Source of the DNA: an uncultured bacterium
GTDB taxonomy: Bacteria > DUMJ01
Assembly (NCBI GenBank): GCA_937958695.1
Contig: CALGNK010000003.1
Span: forward strand, 1,912-65,911
DNA: 64,000 nt
Reading direction: 5' to 3'
The notes under the pieces are model-generated. The model ran no database searches and had not been told where the DNA came from. It was given only the letters and a program-made list of their open reading frames with translations. Of this stretch, positions 9,998 through 17,922 are shown piece after piece (the first letter of the stretch is position 1; each line of letters begins with the position of its first letter). Both the position numbers and the translations under genes were made by a program.

Positions 9998-10417
9998 ATG
10001 CTTAAAGGAATTTCTCCTTTAATATCACCAGAATTACTTAAAATTTTATGCGAAATGGGTCACGGAGATGAAATTCTCTTAGCAGATGCCAATTACCCTT
10101 CAGAATCGTGTGGACCAAAGGTGGTAAGGGCAGATGGACTAGATATTCCATCCCTCTTAGAGGCAATTTTAAAACTCTTTCCTCTAGATACCTACGTAGA
10201 AGAAAATGTGATCTTTATGTCTCCAGATAAAGAAAAACCTCCAATATGGGAAAGGTATGAAGAGATTCTTAAAGCTTCTGGAGAGGATGTAAGAATAGGT
10301 ACACTACCAAGATTCGATTTCTACGATAGGGCTAGAAAGGCTTATGCAATAGTAGCTACAGGAGAGAAAGCTCTCTATGCTAACATAATACTAAAAAAAG
10401 GAGTAATAAGTGAATGA
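9998..10417 (+). CDS. fucU: L-fucose mutarotase (RbsD/FucU family)
   Basis: MLKGISPLISPELLKILCEMGHGDEILLADANYP...AYAIVATGEKALYANIILKKGV aligns nearly residue-for-residue with E. coli FucU as I recall it. The ATG at 9998 is preferred over the TTG at 9992. Its stop overlaps the next start in an ATGA. Confidence 0.9.
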   Translation: MLKGISPLISPELLKILCEMGHGDEILLADANYPSESCGPKVVRADGLDIPSLLEAILKLFPLDTYVEENVIFMSPDKEKPPIWERYEEILKASGEDVRIGTLPRFDFYDRARKAYAIVATGEKALYANIILKKGVISE

Positions 10418-11220
10418 AGGTATTAGGGATAGTAGGTAGTCCTCACAAAGATGGAATGACAGCTAGTCTAGTAAAGCGAGCTTTGGATGGGGCAAGAGAA
10501 AAGGGTGCAGAAACTGAATTGATGTATCTTATAGATGAGAACCTAAGATATTGCGAAGGATGTGGTGGAGGATGTTTTCGAACGTATAAATGTATCTAGG
10601 ATGAAGATGCTACATCAAGGAGTCAAAGGGTAGATTCCTGCGATGCTTTAATCTTTGGAGTACCTGTATATTGCTGGCAGATAAATGGACTATCTAGTCT
10701 ATTCATAGATAAACAGAGATTCAGTACTGGATCAATTATTGGACCTTCATCAAATACTAGATCAGCATTAGGAATTACTGTAGCAGGAGGCAGTGGAACT
10801 GGGTGCATATTAGCACTTCAGACTCTATATAAATATTTCTTCAATTGGAGTTTTAGAGGTATAGATCCGCTACCTGTTACTAGATTTAACTATAATAAGG
10901 CATTAGAACTAGCAAAAATTTATGGAGGGCATCTCGTTCAGGTAGCAAGAGAAAAGAAACCTTTCTCTAGTTTTGGGGAGGCAATAGCATATTTTGAAAC
11001 ATTAGAATACATGAATTATACGCCTATAGATGAGTTATATTTTATAGTTAAGAGTATTCTGGAAAACATAGATGAGGAGATAGCTAATGAATTAAAAGAG
11101 GAATTAACTTTAGCTGAAAAGGATTTAAATGCCGGAAATAGGCTTAATGGAGCCATCCATTTAGATAATGCTTACAGGATAGGAGTTAGACTCTGGAATA
11201 TGAGTAAAGATAAATCCTAA
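10414..11220 (+). pseudogene. iron-sulfur flavoprotein (Isf)-like NAD(P)H-dependent FMN reductase, interrupted by one in-frame TAG at 10597-10599
   Basis: I checked frame 1 codon by codon: it is open from 10414 to 11220 except for a TAG at 10597-10599. Upstream of the TAG are the flavodoxin-like N-terminus and the Isf cysteine cluster CEGCGGGC...C. Downstream it continues DEDATSRSQRVDSCDALIFGVPVYCWQINGLSSLFIDKQ, the FMN-reductase motif. The two ORF-track pieces (10414-10599 and 11011-11220) belong to this one frame. Confidence 0.6.
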
Positions 11221-11234
11221 GGAGGTGTGCAAGT

Positions 11235-12293
11235 ATGGAAGGTTTTAACAACCTCTTATTAGCATTATGGGGGATACATCTATATTTTCCTGCAAAAACA
11301 AGATCTATATCTGCTGAAAATCCAACTGGAGAAGTAAGTGGAGGGGCAAAAGAGATCCCAGATCAAAATAATCCAGCCTCAAATCTAGGTAGGGGATGGA
11401 AGGTTAGACCTTGCATAACACTACCTGCGGGCTCTAATACAGTATTGGCAGATATAGAAGGTCCGGCAATCATAAACCATATATGGCTTACTGTAACAGA
11501 AAGGGCTTATAGGAATTGTATCTTAAGGTTCTACTGGGATAATGAGGTATCCCCATCGATAGAGGTTCCTCTAGGGGACTTCTTTGCCAATGGACATGGG
11601 TTAAGATATAACGTAAATTCTGTCCCCATAGCGGTGAATCCATCAGGAGGGTTCAATTCTTATTGGCCTATGCCATTTAGAAAACATTGTAAGATAACTA
11701 TCGAAAATCAATTCTGGGAAGACATTCGTGGTTTCTACTATCAAATTACGTATTCCCTTACTGAGGTTCCCGATAGTGCACTCTATTTCCACGCACAGTG
11801 GAGAAGGTCTATGACCACTAGAGAAAAGCCTGAGCATGTCATACTAGAAGGAGTAAAGGGTAAAGGACATTATGTAGGAACATTTTTAGCCTGGACACAG
11901 TTGTCTGACGGTTGGTGGGGAGAAGGTGAGATAAAATTCTATATAGATGGTGATACAGAATATCCAACGATATGTGGAACTGGAACAGAGGACTACTTTG
12001 GAGGAGCCTGGGGCTTTGGGAATGAAACATTTTCTGCTCCATTCTCAGGGTATCCTTTATACCGTAAAGAGCCAGGGACGGTTCCAAAGCATGGACTATA
12101 CAGGTGGCATATACTAGATCCAATCAGGTTTGAAAAAGACCTAAGAGTTACTATTCAGGCTTTAGGCTGGTGGCCTAATGGAAAGTTCCAACCTTTAACA
12201 GATGATATAGCCTCGGTTGCCTATTGGTATCAGACTGAGCCACATCAAGAATTTCCGAAACTACCATCTATAGAGGAACGTTGGTCTAGATAG
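11235..12293 (+). CDS. DUF2961 / GH172-like protein (putative glycoside hydrolase); tentative
   Basis: 352 aa containing SAENPTG and GTGTEDYFGGAWGF-type motifs. I assign it to DUF2961 from memory without an alignment. The location next to fucU and the fucosidase operon supports a carbohydrate role. Confidence 0.4.
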   Translation: MEGFNNLLLALWGIHLYFPAKTRSISAENPTGEVSGGAKEIPDQNNPASNLGRGWKVRPCITLPAGSNTVLADIEGPAIINHIWLTVTERAYRNCILRFYWDNEVSPSIEVPLGDFFANGHGLRYNVNSVPIAVNPSGGFNSYWPMPFRKHCKITIENQFWEDIRGFYYQITYSLTEVPDSALYFHAQWRRSMTTREKPEHVILEGVKGKGHYVGTFLAWTQLSDGWWGEGEIKFYIDGDTEYPTICGTGTEDYFGGAWGFGNETFSAPFSGYPLYRKEPGTVPKHGLYRWHILDPIRFEKDLRVTIQALGWWPNGKFQPLTDDIASVAYWYQTEPHQEFPKLPSIEERWSR

Positions 12294-13044
12294 AAAACCT
12301 GCTAGGGGGAGTATCCCCCCTAGCCTCTTTAAATGGGTTTCCTTTTCCGTTAAACCAACCCCTTTCAATCCAATACTTTTTATCCATAGAAAGCTCTGTT
12401 TCAACTTTTTTCATAATCATCCTTCTTATGTAAAACATTAGCAGAATATAAAGATACGGATAGTGTATTTTACCTGATATTACTTCTCGGTAAAACTTAT
12501 TAGCTTTCCTTTTGATCTTTGCAACAATTTTTTCTTTTTTCTCTGCTCTCATAATATCCCAATCTTCTCCAAATGTTGCAAAACTAAACGAATATACCCG
12601 ATTTACTCCCCAAAATTTTAGACTAGTCGATATAGTTTTAATAGCCTCCTTTGCTCCTGCTCCAACTGTAGAAGCAATAATAAAAGCCTTCTTTCGGAAC
12701 ATTTCAGGTCTAGGACGATGAACTATAAATAAAAAAGCAAAGTGGTCTAAGAACGACTTCATACAACCACTAGTCTGAAGGACATATACAGGGGTGGTAA
12801 ATATAAATGCATCTGCTAACAACATTTGTTCTAAAATAGGCTTTGTATACTTATAATCTGGGCATTTATCTTCTCCATTTATAAAGCAGGAAGCGCACCC
12901 ACGGCAAAAGTTCGGCATATCCTTAGGAAGAAAATACTCAATAAATTCTACTCTGCCAAGTTTACTTATTTCATCTTTAAAAACTTGAGTAGCTTTATAA
13001 GAGTTTCCTCTTCGAGGACTTCCATATACAATTACTATCTTCAT
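12286..13044 (-). CDS. iron-sulfur flavoprotein-like NAD(P)H-dependent FMN reductase (flavodoxin fold)
   Basis: MKIVIVYGSPRRGNSY...CRGCASCFINGEDKC (CX2CX2CX7C)...ADAFIFTTPVYV. It is an intact paralog of the interrupted gene at 10414-11220. Confidence 0.7.
   Translation of the reverse strand: MKIVIVYGSPRRGNSYKATQVFKDEISKLGRVEFIEYFLPKDMPNFCRGCASCFINGEDKCPDYKYTKPILEQMLLADAFIFTTPVYVLQTSGCMKSFLDHFAFLFIVHRPRPEMFRKKAFIIASTVGAGAKEAIKTISTSLKFWGVNRVYSFSFATFGEDWDIMRAEKKEKIVAKIKRKANKFYREVISGKIHYPYLYILLMFYIRRMIMKKVETELSMDKKYWIERGWFNGKGNPFKEARGDTPPSRFSI
12302..12325. terminator. GC-rich hairpin (CTAGGGGG-agtat-CCCCCCTAG), likely bidirectional terminator at the convergent overlap
   Basis: An 8-bp perfect stem lies immediately after the stop of the DUF2961 gene and is followed by CTCTTT. 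On the other strand it overlaps the last codons of the convergent Isf-like gene. Confidence 0.4.
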
Positions 13045-13051
13045 ATGATAC

Positions 13052-13870
13052 CTACTTTCTAAGATTAAACAAATCTTTCAAGTCACTATATATTATTTCT
13101 GCTATATCTGGATCCTTAAAGAATGCAGTTCCAATCTGAACAGCACTTGCCCCAAGGTTTAGATATTCTAACACATCAGAAGTAGAAAATACTCCTCCTG
13201 ATGCCATTATAGGTACTTTAACTTTATCTACTATCTCCTTTAAAAGTCTTACATATATAGGCTTTATTACAGGCCCTGAGAGTCCTCCATTAATAGATTG
13301 GTAGGCTGGAAATGTATTGAAAAGTGTCAAGCCATCTGCCCCACCATCTATCGCCGGTTTTATATATAACAAAGGATCATCTTTAGGGGCTAACTTCACA
13401 AAGATTATTTTGTTATAAACATTCCTCAAAGCACTTGTTGCTTCAAAGATACTCTTAGGGTTATTAGACCAATTTTCACCTTTAACATTTGGACATGAAA
13501 GATTCAGTTCTATCCCTACTATATAATCTAATCTGTCTATAATCTCTCCAAGTTTCGATATCTCATCTAAAGTACTACCAGTTATACTAGCCATTACAGG
13601 AATATTCAAAGACCTATAGAAAGGCTCTAATCTTAGCCACTCATAGACACCTTCATTCTCAAGCCCTATAGAATTTATAAGACCACCTATAGTCTCTTCT
13701 ATTCTAGGGGGAGAATTTCCCCTTTTAGGATTTAGAGTTACAGTCTTTGGGATAAATAATCCTAAACCTCTAGTAGAAAATATCTCAAAGAATTCCTTCC
13801 CCCATCCGAGTGGTCCTGATGCTGTCACTAGAGGTGTTCTTAGCTCTATACCACATAGACTCCAACTCAT
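13052..13870 (-). CDS. pyrD: dihydroorotate dehydrogenase, catalytic subunit (class 1B)
   Basis: The TIM-barrel DHOD motifs GIELRTPLVTASG and NLSCPN, plus the C-terminal FMN-binding GGV...IGTA. It overlaps pyrK by 1 nt. Confidence 0.8.
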   Translation of the reverse strand: MSWSLCGIELRTPLVTASGPLGWGKEFFEIFSTRGLGLFIPKTVTLNPKRGNSPPRIEETIGGLINSIGLENEGVYEWLRLEPFYRSLNIPVMASITGSTLDEISKLGEIIDRLDYIVGIELNLSCPNVKGENWSNNPKSIFEATSALRNVYNKIIFVKLAPKDDPLLYIKPAIDGGADGLTLFNTFPAYQSINGGLSGPVIKPIYVRLLKEIVDKVKVPIMASGGVFSTSDVLEYLNLGASAVQIGTAFFKDPDIAEIIYSDLKDLFNLRK

Positions 13871-14586
13871 TAGAAAATCTCCTTCAAATTAAATACTGGG
13901 CCGTCTTTACATACTCTCTTGTACTCTCCATACTTATTTTCTATAACACATCCTCTACAGGCTCCAAAGCCACAGGCTATTTTAGACTCTAAGGATATCT
14001 CGGTTGGAATATCTATCCTTATATTTTTTAGCATCTCTATAGGGCCACAGGCATATACTCTGTCATAGTTTGTATCTATATACTCTGTAACTAATCCCTT
14101 CTTACCAAGAGAACCATCTTCTGTTACAACTTCTATATCTCCTATACTTGCATATCTTGAAAGTAGCTCTTTACCCCAGAAGTTCCCTGTCTGGGCTCCA
14201 AGCAAGAACTTGACATCTCCTCTTAGTCTTTTACCCAAGTAATATAATGGGGCCATACCACTTCCGCCACCTATAAGGAGAAATCTCCCCTGAGAGATGG
14301 AAAAGCCATTTCCTAACGGTCCAAAGATATTTAAACTGTATCCAATTCTTCTTTCTGAAAGCCACTTAGTACCCCTACCAACCACCCTATAGAGAAAGCT
14401 TAATCTATCTTCATCCACATCAAATATGCTAAAAGCCCTTCTAAGGATGACATCTTCTCTATCTATTCTTATAAGAAAAAACTGACCTGGTTCTATGGAT
14501 ATACTTTCTCCTATAGATACAGTAACGAGAAATAATTCACCAACAGGTATATTCTCTATAATCTCACCGTTATATATCTTTGGCAT
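13870..14586 (-). CDS. pyrK: dihydroorotate dehydrogenase electron-transfer subunit (FAD / 2Fe-2S)
   Basis: Ferredoxin-reductase-like fold with the C-terminal CGFGACRGCV...C 2Fe-2S motif. It lies in an operon with pyrD. Confidence 0.8.
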   Translation of the reverse strand: MPKIYNGEIIENIPVGELFLVTVSIGESISIEPGQFFLIRIDREDVILRRAFSIFDVDEDRLSFLYRVVGRGTKWLSERRIGYSLNIFGPLGNGFSISQGRFLLIGGGSGMAPLYYLGKRLRGDVKFLLGAQTGNFWGKELLSRYASIGDIEVVTEDGSLGKKGLVTEYIDTNYDRVYACGPIEMLKNIRIDIPTEISLESKIACGFGACRGCVIENKYGEYKRVCKDGPVFNLKEIF

Positions 14587-15844
14587 AGACCACTCTTCCG
14601 TTTACCATTGTCAAAATAGGAAAACCATACAGTTCATACCCATCATATGGAGAATTTTTACCCTTAGATACAAAGTTACTCACATCTACTATCTCTTTGC
14701 GGTTAGGGTCAAATATTACAATATCTGCACTCTTTCCAACAACCAAATCTCCACTATCTAAACCCAATAATCTAGCAGGGTTGTAAGAGAGTTTCTTTAC
14801 CATCTCAAGAGTAGAGATATGTCCTGCCTTAACCAAAAATGTATAACATAATGGCAACATTATCTCTACACTAGAAATTCCAAATGGATCATTGAGAAGG
14901 TCTAAACCCAAAGTTTTTCTTGGCGCATGGTCACTAGCAATAACATCTATAGACTCATCTATCAATCCTTCAATTAGTGCAAATCTATCTACTTCTTTTC
15001 TAAGCGGAGGATTAACCTTAAGTCCTATTCTTCTCTCTAGTAGTAATTCATCAGTTAATATAAAATGATGTGGAGAAACCTCGCAGGTAACATTTACTCC
15101 GGAGGATTTTGCACGTCTTATAATATCTAAGGAATCCTTAAGGGAGATATGAGCTATATGGATCCTAGCCCCTATATCTCTAGCGATGAGAACATCTCTA
15201 GCTACCGCTAATACTTCTGCTAGTGGAGGTATGCCAGGAAGGCCAAGTTTTAGAGATGCTATCCCTTCGTTTACTACGCCATCTAACGAAACTCTCTTAT
15301 CCTCGCAGTGAGATATTGGCAGTAATCCATACATATTGGCTGTCTCTAGGACAGACTTCATAACTAGCGAATCCTCTACCCAATTCCCATCATCTGAGAC
15401 CGCTACAATTCCTTCATACTTCATTCTATCATAAGGAGCGATAATCTTACCTTCTCTTCCTACAGTCATAGCACCAATCGGATAGACCTTCACTTTACCG
15501 TATTTCTCTGCGGAAAGCATTACATATCTTACTATAGTAGGACTATCAATACAGGGATTAGTATTTGGCATACAGCAAGCGGTAGTTACACCGCCTTTGG
15601 CACATGCCATAGTTCCGGTATATATCCCTTCTTCTGCTCCATCCGGGTCTCTGAGATGAACATGCATGTCTACTATGCCAGGAATTACGTAACATCCATC
15701 TGCATCTATAACCTCTAATCCTTCGGTAGGTATATTACCTTCTATCTGGGTTATAATTCCATCCTCAATAAGGATATCTCTTTTACCAACAAAATTCTCC
15801 CCTGGGATAACAACCTTTCCATTTTTGATAACGGTCCTATTCAT
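14570..15844 (-). CDS. pyrC: dihydroorotase (amidohydrolase family)
   Basis: DMHVHLRDPDG metal-binding motif in a 424-aa class I DHOase-like protein next to pyrK/pyrD. Confidence 0.75.
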   Translation of the reverse strand: MNRTVIKNGKVVIPGENFVGKRDILIEDGIITQIEGNIPTEGLEVIDADGCYVIPGIVDMHVHLRDPDGAEEGIYTGTMACAKGGVTTACCMPNTNPCIDSPTIVRYVMLSAEKYGKVKVYPIGAMTVGREGKIIAPYDRMKYEGIVAVSDDGNWVEDSLVMKSVLETANMYGLLPISHCEDKRVSLDGVVNEGIASLKLGLPGIPPLAEVLAVARDVLIARDIGARIHIAHISLKDSLDIIRRAKSSGVNVTCEVSPHHFILTDELLLERRIGLKVNPPLRKEVDRFALIEGLIDESIDVIASDHAPRKTLGLDLLNDPFGISSVEIMLPLCYTFLVKAGHISTLEMVKKLSYNPARLLGLDSGDLVVGKSADIVIFDPNRKEIVDVSNFVSKGKNSPYDGYELYGFPILTMVNGRVVYAKDI

Positions 15845-17370
15845 CTTCCTCCTAATCTCCTTATCTCCTGATCTATAATATGGTCTATATCATTGGTTGC
15901 ATAGAAGATCTTAGTATAAATCTTCTCGAAAAGCTCTTTATATAAAGGAGCCAGATTTTTGTCTGGTTCTACCGTCATCTTCACTTTGTATGTCCTATCT
16001 ACAACCTCATCCTCATTTTTAAATAGACCAGCACCCAGGGCACCCAAAAAGGCTGCTCCCATAGCAGTTCCTTCTGTAACTTGAGGAACTTCTATTACCT
16101 TATCTATAACGGTAGCCTTTATCTTTAACCAGGTTAAGTTCTTGGTTCCTCCACCTATACCTATAACCTTTTCTACAGTCCCAAACTCTCCTAGGGTATT
16201 AAATGCTAACCTAGCTTCAAAAGAAAGTCCTTCTAAGACGCTTCTAGCAAAGTCAGCAGGGGTATGCTCCCTTTTTAATCCTAAAAAAACTCCTCTTGCC
16301 TGAGGGTCTCTTTTCGGAACACTACTACCTAAGAAGTGCGGAACACAGAAAAGACCATTACTACCAACAGGAGATTGTTCAGCCAAAGAAGAGAGGGCAT
16401 CAAACAGATTCTTACCCTTATCTACATCGTTTAATGAACTCATAAGTTTAGCTGTCCATTCTATAAGTCCCCCAGAAAAAGGTATCGCTACATGTATATA
16501 ATACTTTCCTTTAGCAACGTGTGCACCTACAGTTATATCCGATCTCTCCTTTACCTCAAGATGTAACGGAGGAGTCTCTGTACTTAGCTGAAAACTCTCA
16601 GCTGTTCCCATAGAATCAAGGCCAATACCTTTACGGAAACATCCATTTATAAAAGCCCCACATACATGGTCATGTCCACCCACAACTACCACAGTATCTG
16701 GTCTTACTCCAAGTTCTTCAGGATTTCTTACTTTACCCAGTAATGTTCCGCTAGGGACAGGCTTAGGGAGTATATCAATTGGAATCTCTGCCTTTTCTAA
16801 TATGGTCTTTGACCACTGTAATGTCTTCAGATCAAAAGCCATTATTCTTGAAGCCTGCGAATAATCTGTAGCTATCTCACCAGAGAGCATATATGTTATA
16901 AAATCAGATACGGGAAGCCACATTTTAGCTTTTTCATACACATCTCTTTTATACTGTTTCATCCAAAGTATCTTGTTTATACCGTAAATAGGTTGTACCC
17001 TTAAACCAGTAATGCTATATATGGTCTGAGGGTCTATCCTTTGTAAAAGCCAATCCAGCTGTTCTACGGTCCTTTCATCATACCAAGCTATAGCCGGGAA
17101 GAGAATCCTTCCATTTTCATCTATAGGGACCATAGATTCCGCTACACTAGTAGCAGATATGCTAGCAACATTACCATTTACCTCGGCAGAAACCTTTCTT
17201 ATTGAGTCTTTAATAATATCCCATATCTTATCTGGAATAAAATAATGATGTTTCCCTTCTATTAATACAGGCGTAGGATTAGAAACAGAAGAAACAATAT
17301 TACCATCTAAATCAAACAGTATTACCTTTATGTTGGTGGTTCCAGCATCAATACCAATACAATATTCCAC
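15841..17370 (-). CDS. FGGY-family carbohydrate kinase (xylulokinase/fuculokinase-like)
   Basis: IGIDAGTTNIK N-terminal actin-fold motif and GGG(T/A)KN C-terminal motif. The ORF-track GTG at 17379 abuts the SD GAGGAGG, so the in-frame GTG at 17370 (MEYCIGID...) has proper spacing. Confidence 0.7.
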   Translation of the reverse strand: MEYCIGIDAGTTNIKVILFDLDGNIVSSVSNPTPVLIEGKHHYFIPDKIWDIIKDSIRKVSAEVNGNVASISATSVAESMVPIDENGRILFPAIAWYDERTVEQLDWLLQRIDPQTIYSITGLRVQPIYGINKILWMKQYKRDVYEKAKMWLPVSDFITYMLSGEIATDYSQASRIMAFDLKTLQWSKTILEKAEIPIDILPKPVPSGTLLGKVRNPEELGVRPDTVVVVGGHDHVCGAFINGCFRKGIGLDSMGTAESFQLSTETPPLHLEVKERSDITVGAHVAKGKYYIHVAIPFSGGLIEWTAKLMSSLNDVDKGKNLFDALSSLAEQSPVGSNGLFCVPHFLGSSVPKRDPQARGVFLGLKREHTPADFARSVLEGLSFEARLAFNTLGEFGTVEKVIGIGGGTKNLTWLKIKATVIDKVIEVPQVTEGTAMGAAFLGALGAGLFKNEDEVVDRTYKVKMTVEPDKNLAPLYKELFEKIYTKIFYATNDIDHIIDQEIRRLGGR

Positions 17371-17390
17371 CAAACTCACCTCCTCTAATT

Positions 17391-17918
17391 TTATGGTAAA
17401 GTCTCTATTATAAACTCATGATTGGTATAGACACATATGTCGGCAGCTATCGAGAGAGCCTCCCTCAAGATCTCTTCGCAAGATAGATCCGTATGTTTCA
17501 GTAGGGCTCTTGCTGCAGCCAACGCATAGTTACCACCTGAACCTATAGCTATGATACCATCATCAGGTTCTATCACATCTCCTGTACCAGAGATAAGAAG
17601 CAAGTTATTTATATCGGCAACTACAAGTAATGCATCTAATCTCCTTAAAGCCCTATCTAACCTCCATTCCTTGGCTAGTTCTACCGCTGCCCTAGCGAGG
17701 TTTCCTCCATACTCATTTAACTTTCCTTCAAACCTATCTAGAAGAGCTATACCATCCGCAGCAGAACCGGCAAAACCAACCAATACCTTACCGTCTCTTA
17801 TCTTTCTCACCTTTCTAGCCCTTTTCTTAATAATAGTCTGTCCAGCAGTAACCTGTCCATCTCCCCCCATAGCAACAGTATTACCTTTCTTTATCGCTAA
17901 TATAGTTGTATGTCTCAT
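17391..17918 (-). CDS. hslV: ATP-dependent protease subunit HslV
   Basis: [24 protein letters not shown]...[14 protein letters not shown] aligns with HslV/CodW. A short propeptide precedes the catalytic Thr. Confidence 0.85.
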   Translation of the reverse strand: MRHTTILAIKKGNTVAMGGDGQVTAGQTIIKKRARKVRKIRDGKVLVGFAGSAADGIALLDRFEGKLNEYGGNLARAAVELAKEWRLDRALRRLDALLVVADINNLLLISGTGDVIEPDDGIIAIGSGGNYALAAARALLKHTDLSCEEILREALSIAADICVYTNHEFIIETLP

Positions 17919-17922
17919 AGTC

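Noticed and set aside
10597-10599. In-frame TAG read as a pyrrolysine codon
   Set aside because: Pyrrolysine decoding needs pylTSBCD, which is not visible here. These genes are essentially confined to methanogens and a few Firmicutes and Deltaproteobacteria. A nonsense mutation or sequencing error is far more likely; I report it as an interrupted gene instead.
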